From positions 1 through 36,378 of IMG/VR virus record IMGVR_UViG_3300039305_000017: 36,378 nucleotides of DNA; one strand, given 5' to 3'. A program made the position numbers and the translations under genes. This document shows positions 1 through 7,978 of the stretch, in pieces. This DNA comes from a virus. Lineage: Duplodnaviria > Caudoviricetes. Each line of letters begins with the position of its first letter. Within the stretch, counting starts at the first letter, position 1. The notes under the pieces were generated by a model, which was not told the origin of the DNA, made no database searches, and was given only the letters and a program-made list of their open reading frames with translations.

Positions 1-132
1 ATGAAAATGGGTTGGCAGGAGACAGAGGCCTTATCCGCCATAACTGAGGTGGCTGACAACCTGATACTGGCAGCAGGCGCAAATACAGAGATTGACGAGT
101 TGATCGAGCGGCTTAAGCGGGATCGTCACTAG
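1..132 (+). CDS. 3' part of a small hypothetical protein, probably truncated by the window edge
   Basis: Open frame MKMGWQETEALSAITEVADNLILAAGANTEIDELIERLKRDRH* ending TAG at 130-132. Confidence 0.55.
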   Translation: MKMGWQETEALSAITEVADNLILAAGANTEIDELIERLKRDRH

Positions 133-147
133 CCTCCGCCGAATCTG

Positions 148-181
148 TTGACTCCATCTCGAATGAGAACATATTGAGAAC
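148..181 (+). promoter_or_regulatory. Sigma70-type promoter overlapped by an alphaproteobacterial LexA (SOS) box
   Basis: TTGACT at 148-153, -10-like CATATT at 170-175, perfect GAAC-N7-GAAC (GAAC ATATTGA GAAC) at 167-181; RBS GAGAGG then ATG at 199. Confidence 0.8.
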
Positions 182-198
182 AAACGAGAGGTCTCAAC

Positions 199-432
199 AT
201 GTCATCCGAGAAATTCATCATCCTTCCCTACAAGAAGAACCGCGGCAATCTGGTGCCTGGCGAGATGCGCCAAGCCTCAAATGCGGCTTCCGCTGAGAAG
301 ATCGCCGGAGCAATGGCAGATCGGTTCGTCGGCGTAGCGGCTTACGCCATCATGGTCGACGAAGAGACTGGCGACATGAACTCGCCAAGGCTTCTCGTGA
401 AGCATGGCGAGATTGGCGAACTTGCTGCCTGA
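199..432 (+). CDS. Hypothetical protein (77 aa), first gene of the SOS-box operon
   Basis: ORF with good RBS directly after the LexA box. Confidence 0.8.
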   Translation: MSSEKFIILPYKKNRGNLVPGEMRQASNAASAEKIAGAMADRFVGVAAYAIMVDEETGDMNSPRLLVKHGEIGELAA

Positions 433-443
433 GCCCAACGATC

Positions 444-764
444 ATGCAGAACGAGCATTTAACCAAAGGCTTTGACAAGTTCTGGCGTTCGCTGAAGCCG
501 GAACATCAGCGTTCAACAAACCTCTTTGTCGCGAGGCAGGCTTTCATCGCAGGCCGCAAGGTAGGTAAGCCAACAGAGAAACCCTCACTAGTGCCAGCTG
601 TTTACCGTTTCCAAGCGGGCAAGTGGCGCGTGACCGTTAAGGCTAGATCGTTGACTGAAGCTCGATCCGAGGCTCGCAAGGTGCTGGATCGGCGCGCGCA
701 AAAGCTTGGCGCTACTCCGCCCGCCGGTGGGTGGCTGTTAACGCAGCTCCGATACGAAATTTGA
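444..764 (+). CDS. Hypothetical basic protein (106 aa)
   Basis: ORF 11 nt after the upstream stop, same strand. Confidence 0.65.
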   Translation: MQNEHLTKGFDKFWRSLKPEHQRSTNLFVARQAFIAGRKVGKPTEKPSLVPAVYRFQAGKWRVTVKARSLTEARSEARKVLDRRAQKLGATPPAGGWLLTQLRYEI

Positions 765-785
765 CCCTCAATTGGAGCGGGGTCG

Positions 786-1129
786 ATGCCAAGCGTCATC
801 TATAAGGGGAGCGCCCACCCTTACCGGGAAAACCAAATCCCGAAGCTGTCAGATGCCAACCGGCTAGGCAGTTCGTGCGGGTGACTTGCAAATGGTGCAA
901 GCCGCATATCGTGCGTTACTATCGGCCAATGGACATCCACCAGTTAATCGGGGAGCATCATGTCCTGAAGCTTCAGCGTAAGTTCCGCTGCGAAAAATGC
1001 AGTCGCAAGGACTATATCGAAGTCGAGTTTAAGATGCTGACGGGTGGCGAGATGAAAGACATTGTCCTTCGGGAGCTGGTCGAAATTCGGATGGTGAAGC
1101 GCGCTATATGGCGTGACAAGAAGCTGTAG
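786..1129 (+). pseudogene. Zn-ribbon protein (CxxC...CxxC), apparently frameshifted near 867-870
   Basis: RBS GGAG + ATG 786 gives MPSVIYKGSAHPYRENQIPKLSDANRLG; the -1 frame continues QFVRVTCKWC...FRCEKC to the stop at 1129. Confidence 0.6.
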
Positions 1130-1140
1130 GCGGAGGACCT

Positions 1141-1794
1141 ATGTGTAATCTTTACAACGTCACCACCAACCAGGAAGCGCTACGGGCGATCACGAAAGCG
1201 TTCGACAGGCTCGGCAACCTGCAGCCGTCGCTGGACGTCTACCCTGATCGTCCGGGTCCGGTGATCCGCAACACGCCGGACGGCTGCGAGATGGCGATGC
1301 TGACATGGGGCATGCCGAGTCCGCCCGCTTTCCTGCAAGGCAAGCCCGACTGCGGTGTAACCAACATCCGCAACGCCATGTCTCCGCACTGGAGACGATG
1401 GCTCGGACCAGCAAGCCGCTGCCTCGTGCCGTGGACCACCTTCTGCGAGTACGAGGACACCAAGCCGAAGAAGACCAAGCGCTGGTTCGCGATCGACGAG
1501 AGCAAGCCGGTTGCGTTTTTCGCAGGCATGTGGACGACCTGGAACGGCACGCGCGGATCGATGAAGACCCCGCGCGAAGGCGAGCATGAGGTCTACGGCT
1601 TCTTGACCTGTGACCCGAACAGCATCGTTGGCCCGATCCACCCGAAGGCCATGCCAGTGATCCTGACGACCGAAGAGGAGATGGACGTGTGGATGCGGGC
1701 ACCATGGGATGAAGCTAAGGCGCTGCAGCGTCCGCTTCCGGACGAGCGCCTGATCCTCCTGCCGGTGGAAGAACCTCAAGGTGCTCTGCTTTGA
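1141..1794 (+). CDS. SOS response-associated peptidase (SRAP; YedK/HMCES family abasic-site processing protein)
   Basis: N-terminal MC, RCLVP..FCEY, FAGMW and [10 protein letters not shown] motifs; RBS GGAGG. Confidence 0.93.
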   Translation: MCNLYNVTTNQEALRAITKAFDRLGNLQPSLDVYPDRPGPVIRNTPDGCEMAMLTWGMPSPPAFLQGKPDCGVTNIRNAMSPHWRRWLGPASRCLVPWTTFCEYEDTKPKKTKRWFAIDESKPVAFFAGMWTTWNGTRGSMKTPREGEHEVYGFLTCDPNSIVGPIHPKAMPVILTTEEEMDVWMRAPWDEAKALQRPLPDERLILLPVEEPQGALL

Positions 1795-1994
1795 GTCTGA
1801 GTCCAGAAAGCCGATCGAGTGATCCAGGCGCCGGCATCCACGAGAACCACTACTGCTCGGTCGATGGCTGTGGGAAGTGGGGCGGGCTTGGCTTTAGCCG
1901 CGGGACCGGTGACAAGGTGACTTGGCGGTGCGCCAAGCACTACCCGCACTGGCCGGAGCATATCGCAGAACGATATCGGGCTGAGGAAGCATGA
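1791..1994 (+). CDS. Small Cys/His-rich hypothetical protein
   Basis: [16 protein letters not shown]...WRCAKH; 4-nt overlaps with both neighbours. Confidence 0.7.
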   Translation: MSLSPESRSSDPGAGIHENHYCSVDGCGKWGGLGFSRGTGDKVTWRCAKHYPHWPEHIAERYRAEEA

Positions 1995-2362
1995 TGCTGG
2001 ACACGCTCTTCATGTGCGTGTCTCTGCTCGCAGTCGATGGCGACACCGTCAAGTGCGACGGGCAGAACATGCGCCTGATAGGCAAGGGCATCGTCAATGA
2101 GCGTGGCATAGACACGCCCGAGATCGGCAGCCACGCGAAGTGCGAGAATGAGCGGAAGCTTGCCCTGTTGGCAAAGCAAAGGCTCAAGAGCTTAATCGAG
2201 GGGAAGAAGGTCAGAATCGAAGCGAAGGGGATAGACAGCTTCGACAGGCCGCTTGTGAACCTCTACCTGCCCGATGGGCGAGAGGTAGGCCAGATCCTGC
2301 TTAAGGAGGGGACCGCGCGAGAGTGGCGGCCGGGCAAGCGTGCCGATTGGTGCAGCGCCTAA
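1991..2362 (+). CDS. Thermonuclease (SNase-like) family protein
   Basis: VDGDTV, RL...GIDTPE, D.F.R.L and LLKEG.A motifs. Confidence 0.88.
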   Translation: MMLDTLFMCVSLLAVDGDTVKCDGQNMRLIGKGIVNERGIDTPEIGSHAKCENERKLALLAKQRLKSLIEGKKVRIEAKGIDSFDRPLVNLYLPDGREVGQILLKEGTAREWRPGKRADWCSA

Positions 2363-2484
2363 AGGGCGTTTCGGAACTTAGCGCCTGTCTCTGTACAAGC
2401 AATCAAACCTTTGCAGTTGAAGGCATCGCCCAGGACCTTAAGTCCTCGGTTGAAGTTCCGGGCAGATGGAACAATGGAGTGCAG

Positions 2485-2949
2485 ATGGCTTGGATAATCG
2501 GGGCGGTAATTGTAATCGGCATCTTCTGGTTCTCGGTAAGAGCCGGCGCAGCGGCCGCGATATTCCTTGCGTTGCTCTACCTCTTCCTGTGGTTCGTTTC
2601 AGGTCAGCAAAGCTCCAGAGTGCCTTCAACCCGCGACCTAGTAGTGTCAGCCAACTCATCCTCTGAACAATGCAGGTCGGCCAACGAACCGGTTGCGGTG
2701 ACATTTACGAATAATGCAGATAAACCGCTTCTAGAGATATCGTTCAGCCTTGTTGCCCGGGAAAAGGGTCACAGCTCTATACTCTACAGAGCGTTCCTAA
2801 GGAGCGATCGAATCATCCAGCCTGGGGAGAGCTTCACCGGGTGCTACGGCCTCAACCCACTTTCTTTTGCCGATAGGACTGCGAACTTCCAACCGCAAAA
2901 GTTGGACTGGGCTACCGAAGTCTCCCTGACAAGGTTCGAGAGTAACTAG
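2485..2949 (+). CDS. Membrane-anchored hypothetical protein with a periplasmic beta-rich domain
   Basis: ATG 2485 after GGAG; two N-terminal hydrophobic segments then a soluble domain with two Cys. Confidence 0.65.
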   Translation: MAWIIGAVIVIGIFWFSVRAGAAAAIFLALLYLFLWFVSGQQSSRVPSTRDLVVSANSSSEQCRSANEPVAVTFTNNADKPLLEISFSLVAREKGHSSILYRAFLRSDRIIQPGESFTGCYGLNPLSFADRTANFQPQKLDWATEVSLTRFESN

Positions 2950-2960
2950 GTCGAGACGCA

Positions 2961-2996
2961 GAAAAAGCCTCCCCCGCCAGTCGAGGCAGAGGAGGC
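2961..2996 (-). terminator. Intrinsic terminator at the end of the lysis transcript
   Basis: Stem GCCTCCCCCGCC/GGCAGAGGAGGC with an A-run at 2962-2966 (U-tail on minus). Confidence 0.65.
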
Positions 2997-3049
2997 CATG
3001 TTCAGTCCGCCGAAGCAGAATGTACGCTAACGTACAAAAGAGGCAAGGG

Positions 3050-3457
3050 CTATCGCTCGCGGCGATTCAACTCCCTCGTGATCCGCACTTCCTCTCGAAG
3101 CTGTCCCAGTTCAGTAGCCATCAAGCGATCGACGCGAACTCGCTCCTCGTCGTTCTCGTTCTTTTCCTTGTCGATCTGGTTCTTTTCGCGAGCGAGCTTG
3201 TTAGTCTCCATCAGCGTCATGTTCAGCGCCTCACCGGCAGCGGTCAGGCGATTGAGGGCCGAGGGATCTACGATGACAGCCGCAACAGGAGCAGCGGCTT
3301 TACTCTCCTCAGGTGCCGCCCTGCCTCCATTGAAGAGGCCTAGGTAGCGAACTCCGAAGATGACCGCGAGCGTGACGGCGAAGATGATCATCGCGAACGG
3401 AGGAAGTTCCGAGACCTGCTGAGCTAGAGGTACGGCTTTAAGCGCCTGCTGTTCCAT
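3050..3457 (-). CDS. Phage membrane protein, one TM plus coiled coil (holin/antiholin-like)
   Basis: Start MEQQALK at 3457 after GGAG; TM segment FAMIIFAVTLAVIFGV; last gene of the lysis block. Confidence 0.65.
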   Translation of the reverse strand: MEQQALKAVPLAQQVSELPPFAMIIFAVTLAVIFGVRYLGLFNGGRAAPEESKAAAPVAAVIVDPSALNRLTAAGEALNMTLMETNKLAREKNQIDKEKNENDEERVRVDRLMATELGQLREEVRITRELNRRER

Positions 3458-3965
3458 TCCGCACTTCTCCCTCGTCATGCGCCGCACGGTAGATGTTGAC
3501 GGCCTCGCTCACCGCAAACAGCGGATAGATCGCGACCCACGTTGAAACGACATCAGAGGAGAAGAACCCGTATGCGATGCCTGACCAGATCATGCAGCCA
3601 ATGCCGGCCGATATCTGTCTGATCTGTGGAGTGACACGCTTCCTCGCGCCGTTGACGATAAGGCCGATCACGCGGACGAAGCCGATCAGCAGCATCGCCC
3701 ATCCCAGAACGTCTTCAGGCGATTGACTGCCGATCGAGGGGAAGAGACGGAAGGTCGCAAAGGCTGGCTGATTGAACGTCTCCGTCGGCAGCAACAGCAC
3801 GACACCGAACATGAACATGTGAGCCGCCATAAACCACTCCGGCATCCGAGGACCGAACCGGTGCGTGACCCTGATCCAGAGGCCGGGATAGCCTTCGTGT
3901 ATGATCCTGCCGCCCTGGTCAGCGGCTTGTTCGTTCGGCGGTGTCACATAGTTTCCTTTCGCCAT
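3438..3965 (-). CDS. Putative holin-like integral membrane protein (about 4 TM segments)
   Basis: Several hydrophobic helices; downstream of endolysin and spanins. Confidence 0.65.
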   Translation of the reverse strand: MAKGNYVTPPNEQAADQGGRIIHEGYPGLWIRVTHRFGPRMPEWFMAAHMFMFGVVLLLPTETFNQPAFATFRLFPSIGSQSPEDVLGWAMLLIGFVRVIGLIVNGARKRVTPQIRQISAGIGCMIWSGIAYGFFSSDVVSTWVAIYPLFAVSEAVNIYRAAHDEGEVRNGTAGA

Positions 3966-4069
3966 CAGTTAGCTCCCGCACCATCAGCGGCGCAAAAGCG
4001 TCTAGCTCGATTGATGTTCTCGTTCCGGTCCCGTTGATCCGGTAGATGACGACTCCATCTTCCGCTCCC
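3965..4069 (-). pseudogene. Start-less 3' remnant of a gene formerly coupled to the holin-like gene
   Basis: Frame ...DQRDRNENINRARRFCAADGAGAN* ends in a TGATG overlap with ATG 3965; no start codon after the upstream stop at 4070-4072. Confidence 0.4.
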
Positions 4070-4086
4070 TCACGAGGACATGCGAA

Positions 4087-4308
4087 ATGTGTAGGAGATG
4101 CAGGGGTACCGGCTGGGTGTGCGAGAGCCATGCCGACAAGCCGTGGAACGGTCCCAGGGCCTGCGGCTGTGGTGGTGCCGGAATGCCCTGCCCTCAGTGC
4201 TGCCTCGATGGTGACTGGAATGCTGATCCGGGGCGAGCACCGGACGTATCGAAGATCTTCAGCAAGGTGATCCGCGCGGGCGAGAACCGCTTCCGCGTCG
4301 TCAAGTAG
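4087..4308 (+). CDS. Small Cys-rich (Zn-binding) hypothetical protein
   Basis: CRRCRGTGWVCESH.DKPW.G.RACGCGGAGMPCPQC; RBS GAGGA. Confidence 0.7.
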   Translation: MCRRCRGTGWVCESHADKPWNGPRACGCGGAGMPCPQCCLDGDWNADPGRAPDVSKIFSKVIRAGENRFRVVK

Positions 4309-4378
4309 CTGGACTTCGGTCCAGTTGACGCCTACCCGCGTCAGCGTAGACTAGCCCTTGGAACAGTGGGGGCTGGTA

Positions 4379-4597
4379 ATGTTTAAATCCCATCTCAAAC
4401 ATCCGGTGGATGCGATCGTGCCGGGGCAGCTTGCAATGCTGCAGCGTGTGTTCGATCACGCCTGCACGGCCTCTGGCATCCAGAAGAACACGGCAAGAGC
4501 CGAGGGATTGGCCGCGACCTTGATCGAACTCTACAACTCCGGAACTCACGATGAGGAGCAGCTGGAAGACATGCTGTCCAATATCACGATCATCTAG
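4379..4597 (+). CDS. Small hypothetical protein of a common rhizobial type
   Basis: L.MLQRVFD.AC...AE.LA.TLI.LY.SG..DEEQL pattern. Confidence 0.7.
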   Translation: MFKSHLKHPVDAIVPGQLAMLQRVFDHACTASGIQKNTARAEGLAATLIELYNSGTHDEEQLEDMLSNITII

Positions 4598-4649
4598 ATC
4601 GGTACGCTGGCAGACCGAAACCATGGCATTGCATGCCGGTTATGATCCC

Positions 4650-4761
4650 GAGGCGCCGGACGTTTACCCTCAGTTTACGGCAAGGACCCCCTCCTACTGG
4701 CGCCTCACCCTTTGATGACTCTCCATCTTCCAGACTAGCCCGCTTCGGCGGGTTTCTTTTT
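4650..4761 (+). ncRNA. Candidate small RNA with an anti-Shine-Dalgarno loop and intrinsic terminator
   Basis: TATGAT at 4641-4646; stem 4650-4659/4697-4706 enclosing CCCCCTCCT; terminator GCCCGC-TTCG-GCGGGT-TTCTTTTT. Confidence 0.5.
4738..4761 (+). terminator. Rho-independent terminator
   Basis: GCCCGC TTCG GCGGGT followed by a T-run. Confidence 0.85.
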
Positions 4762-4854
4762 GCCCACCAAATTGAGGTAGGGTGGCGGCATTTATGGTAT
4801 GTTAACCACACTGACGCATTCTGGCCTAGCGCTGTCATGGGCGCACCTTCTTTG

Positions 4855-4889
4855 AAAGGGCTCGGACGGGAAAAACGGACGGGCCCTTT
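4855..4889. terminator. Hairpin just downstream of the o-spanin-like gene
   Basis: AAAGGGCTCG ... CGGGCCCTTT inverted repeat. Confidence 0.5.
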
Positions 4890-4893
4890 GTCT

Positions 4894-5133
4894 TTAACGG
4901 TTGTGCTGAGAGCACTCTTTAGTGCTGTAGACCGCGCCAGCGCACAGCCGAACAACCGTCCGGTCGATCTTCCGCTGATCAGCATCAGTAGCGCCGCGAG
5001 CCCCCAATAGGTCAGTTCCGACCACTCGCTTAAGGCCTGCGACATTTGCCGGACCCGAAATCCCACACGCGACCAGCATCACGGCAGGCGTCATAATCAA
5101 GAGCGCCTTCATCAGCGCGAGTAGCGGCTTCAT
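4894..5133 (-). CDS. Rz1-like outer-membrane lipoprotein (o-spanin)
   Basis: Signal peptide with lipobox LVAC; overlaps the 3' part of the upstream gene in another frame. Confidence 0.7.
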   Translation of the reverse strand: MKPLLALMKALLIMTPAVMLVACGISGPANVAGLKRVVGTDLLGARGATDADQRKIDRTVVRLCAGAVYSTKECSQHNR

Positions 5134-5254
5134 TGTTCTGCCTTTCAACTGAGTTGCGAACATCCTCCCCGCCTTCCCGGTAGATCCAGACGACAGCGAT
5201 GCCCAAGACTGCGATGATGGCCAACAGGCCGATGATGCGAGGAGTGAATAGCAT
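5030..5254 (-). CDS. Rz-like inner-membrane spanin (i-spanin)
   Basis: N-terminal TM, C-terminal C...G..WDF..GKC; TGATG-coupled to the endolysin. Confidence 0.7.
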   Translation of the reverse strand: MLFTPRIIGLLAIIAVLGIAVVWIYREGGEDVRNSVERQNNEAATRADEGALDYDACRDAGRVWDFGSGKCRRP

Positions 5255-6375
5255 CAGCGCCGCTCCCCGGCCCGGAACGCCTTGATGGCGCTATGTTCCC
5301 CGTTGCGGCTGTTCCAGAACACGTAGCCGGCAACGCACGCGATAAGCAGAAGCCATGCCCATGCCGGCACGGAGGAAAGCATCGGCTCAATGTAGCCTCG
5401 AGCGGAGCCGAGGCCGCTGAGCGCGCCGTCAACAACGCCACCGACCAGCGCGGGCACCGCCACAGCACCGGCCAGCAGCTTGTTCAGCCAGTTGCTCTTC
5501 GCCTCCGGCACCGTCTGCCTCACCTGGTCGGCGGAAGCATCGTTGCGGGCGAGCTTACGCTTCGGCGCCGTGTCGAGTGTATCGAGCAGTTCCTGGTCGA
5601 TCGCATCCACGGCCGGGAGATCATTGTCGGCACGGAATATGAGGATCGCCGCGCGGGTCATGCCGCCGAAGACTCCATCAAAGGAGCCATCAGCACGTCG
5701 GCTGCCCACTTCGGTATAGCCGAGGTCGTAGAGCTTACGCTGGACGACGGCGAGAGTCGTGGCGTCGGTGAAGATCGACGGAGCCGCAGGAGCCGGCACA
5801 GGTTTCGCAGGAGCGACGTTCGCGCCGGTCGTTACCTTCACCCTATCCAGCACCGCCTCGACCGCCTCAGGCTTCACCAGCGCCTTGTTCACGCCGTCGC
5901 CTGCATAATAGGACTGACCTCGCTGCAAAGTACGGTGAGCGCCCTTTGTCTTCGCCAGGACCGGGAACGACGCCCATTCCATCGCGAGACGCTTCCCGAA
6001 CTCCGTCCGGTGGATCTTGCCAGTCATGAACTGCCCATAGCCGCGGCGCTTCAGGAGGTGGAAGCCAAGCCGGTCTTGCAGATCGGCGTCAAACAACTCG
6101 TCACCCCTCAGCCCAAGCTCGCCCCTCAGGTCCGCGACCGACTTCGGACTGTCGAGCGTGTCGCGCATGAACTGGTACCGACCGCAGGCACTGGAGCCGT
6201 ACCGCTTTGTCCAGCCCGGACCGGCCTTCACGACCTCGTCGAAGGTCATGGAGGTCAGCTTGCGCTTCAGCTTCTTGTGGTTGTTGCCGTAAAGCGTGTC
6301 GTATCCATCGGGAGCTTCAGTCTCTCCGACGAAGTCGAGCAGGATCGCCGCGCCGGCTGGCACGCTCTTATCCAT
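5254..6375 (-). CDS. Endolysin: lysozyme-like domain, peptidoglycan-binding domain and C-terminal hydrophobic segments
   Basis: E...GYDTLYG, SACGRYQF, D.LQD, LAMEWASFP (lambda R-like); VQRKL.DLGY...DG.FG..TRAAI..F (PG_binding_1). Confidence 0.88.
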   Translation of the reverse strand: MDKSVPAGAAILLDFVGETEAPDGYDTLYGNNHKKLKRKLTSMTFDEVVKAGPGWTKRYGSSACGRYQFMRDTLDSPKSVADLRGELGLRGDELFDADLQDRLGFHLLKRRGYGQFMTGKIHRTEFGKRLAMEWASFPVLAKTKGAHRTLQRGQSYYAGDGVNKALVKPEAVEAVLDRVKVTTGANVAPAKPVPAPAAPSIFTDATTLAVVQRKLYDLGYTEVGSRRADGSFDGVFGGMTRAAILIFRADNDLPAVDAIDQELLDTLDTAPKRKLARNDASADQVRQTVPEAKSNWLNKLLAGAVAVPALVGGVVDGALSGLGSARGYIEPMLSSVPAWAWLLLIACVAGYVFWNSRNGEHSAIKAFRAGERR

Positions 6376-6450
6376 AATGGTCTCCTGTTCTGATTGAGAT
6401 GCTGCTGGCGGCGAGCTAGAGGGTTGGCAACGCCAACGGGTTCCTGTCGA

Positions 6451-6552
6451 ATGAGACGTTACTCAGCCACACGAGAATTGGTCATCGGGTTAGTCGGGCT
6501 CGCGCTCGTTGTCGCCGTTGTCGTCGCCTTCGCTCAATGGTTGGTCGGATAA
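6451..6552 (+). CDS. 33-aa single-TM peptide (not in the ORF track)
   Basis: MRRYSATRELVIGLVGLALVVAVVVAFAQWLVG*; no strong RBS. Confidence 0.45.
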   Translation: MRRYSATRELVIGLVGLALVVAVVVAFAQWLVG

Positions 6553-6554
6553 CG

Positions 6555-6600
6555 CCGCTGCATAGCTTGCACGATGGCGTTCATGCTGTTCTCCGATGTT
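6555..6600. repeat. 46-bp direct repeat, copy 1
   Basis: CCGCTGCATAGCTTGCACGATGGCGTTCATGCTGTTCTCCGATGTT; 43/46 identical to 12399-12444. Confidence 0.92.
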
Positions 6601-6673
6601 GATTGAGGATCGATGGTGTCTTTACGAGCCTGACGAACTCGATAAAGATTAGCGCTCCGGAGAGGAGCCATAC

Positions 6674-7072
6674 ATGCGTTACCTGTTAGCCGCCCTTAGT
6701 CTTGCCGCTACGACTAACCTTGCTCATGCCGACAACTGCGGCCCGCGAAATGCGAGCTTGATCGAACTCAAAGATTGGTCCGCAACAAAATCTGATTTTG
6801 GCAGTGTAAATGTCTCGATGTCGCTTCAAAGCCATGCCGAGAAACCGATCCGGATGCTCAAGGCCTCGGTGATCTTCTCGGACCCGTTTGGCGACAATGT
6901 CGCTAATCTTGCTTTGGACCCAGACGTAGCGATACCGGCTAAAGCTACCTACACAGAGAAAGGCTCGTGGAGCGCTGCCCGACTAGCAAAGGTGCGCCCA
7001 CAAGACGTATCAGCTCTCGTATGCGTTTCGGCTGTGCTTTACGAGGACGGGTCCAAGGAGCAGTTTCAATGA
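6674..7072 (+). CDS. Exported hypothetical protein
   Basis: RBS GAGGAG; Sec signal ending AHA|D; two Cys. Confidence 0.8.
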   Translation: MRYLLAALSLAATTNLAHADNCGPRNASLIELKDWSATKSDFGSVNVSMSLQSHAEKPIRMLKASVIFSDPFGDNVANLALDPDVAIPAKATYTEKGSWSAARLAKVRPQDVSALVCVSAVLYEDGSKEQFQ

Positions 7073-7431
7073 GACGGCTGTTAGGCGTAGCCCTCATACT
7101 AGCTCCTACAGTCTCAAATGCGGAGCCGTTCAAAGTTCCTCCGGGCATGGAAAAAGAGCTACAACAGGCGGCCATGCGACTGGTGTTCGCAGATGGTTGC
7201 GACAAGCGGCTAGATCGCCCTGACATCTTCAAGGATGCCAAGTCATCTTTCGCTCGAGTTCTGCGCAAGGCAAACGTTTCGGATGCAGAAGCCCGAACGG
7301 ATGAGGTGGCCCGAACGGTATCAGAGGCCCCTCAGAAAAAAGAAGACCCCAGTCCCATCAACTTTTTCAATGAGAAGCTGTGCGGCGATTTAGCTAGAAC
7401 ACTGAAGGACGAACTTGCGAAAGCAGAATGA
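7069..7431 (+). CDS. Exported hypothetical protein
   Basis: ATGA overlap; signal MRRLLGVALILAPTVSNA|E; two Cys. Confidence 0.75.
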   Translation: MRRLLGVALILAPTVSNAEPFKVPPGMEKELQQAAMRLVFADGCDKRLDRPDIFKDAKSSFARVLRKANVSDAEARTDEVARTVSEAPQKKEDPSPINFFNEKLCGDLARTLKDELAKAE

Positions 7432-7453
7432 AGGGTGGCCGAAACCACCCTTC
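7430..7453. terminator. Hairpin between convergent genes
   Basis: GAAGGGTGG CCGAAA CCACCCTTC, perfect 9-bp stem. Confidence 0.7.
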
Positions 7454-7462
7454 CTCCAACGT

Positions 7463-7978
7463 TCAGGCCGAAGCTTTCCGAGTCGGCTTCGTTTTCTGCT
7501 GCTCGGCAAGAAGTTTCTGCGCTTCGCCGAAAGTCACGCCGCGTTCCTGCATGACCGCTCTGACAGGCTTCACCGCGTCTTCCCATCTCTTGAGCGACGC
7601 ACGAGCGTTCTTGATGTTGTCCCGCTTAGATTTCGTCGCAGCGTCGACATCTTGAATGCCAGCCATACGTAGCGGAACATAAGCAAACCCACCTCCCGGC
7701 TGTTTGACGGCAAGAGCCGCAGGCGCGTCCTCTTTGAGGAGGCGGAGCTGGTCGTCACCCTCCTCGCCGTTGATGCTGAACGCGCTCTTCAAGTGGGCTT
7801 TGATCTTCCCGCGCACAGCTATCTGCGCAAGCATTCTCTCCGACTGGAAGATGTCATCCCCGTAGACCTCGTTAAGGCGGGTATAGACGGTCTCAATATC
7901 AAGAGACTTCGCGTCCTGTTCGATCAGGTCGCGGATCACCTTGCCGATCAGGGGTGAGAGATTAATTGTCGCTGACAT
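7463..7978 (-). CDS. Hypothetical protein (171 aa) overlapping the ParB-like gene
   Basis: 17-nt overlap with the upstream gene, RBS GGAG. Confidence 0.8.
   Translation of the reverse strand: MSATINLSPLIGKVIRDLIEQDAKSLDIETVYTRLNEVYGDDIFQSERMLAQIAVRGKIKAHLKSAFSINGEEGDDQLRLLKEDAPAALAVKQPGGGFAYVPLRMAGIQDVDAATKSKRDNIKNARASLKRWEDAVKPVRAVMQERGVTFGEAQKLLAEQQKTKPTRKASA

Noticed and set aside
826-832. GGGAAAA as a programmed -1 slippery site for the 786-1129 gene
   Set aside because: The heptamer is not phased as X XXY YYZ in the frame starting at 786
4016-4030. GTTC-N7-GGTC, possible second LexA box
   Set aside because: One mismatch in the core, inside a relic coding frame, with no clear promoter overlap
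4360-4383. GGAAC-N16-GTT, EcfG-like promoter match
   Set aside because: Its -10 element overlaps the likely ATG at 4379, so it cannot drive that gene as called; ambiguous
5293-6393. 366-aa plus-strand ORF, and similar long ORFs at 20078-21331 (+) and 28284-29582 (-)
   Set aside because: Shadow frames of the endolysin, tape measure and MFS genes in GC-rich DNA; no recognisable motifs
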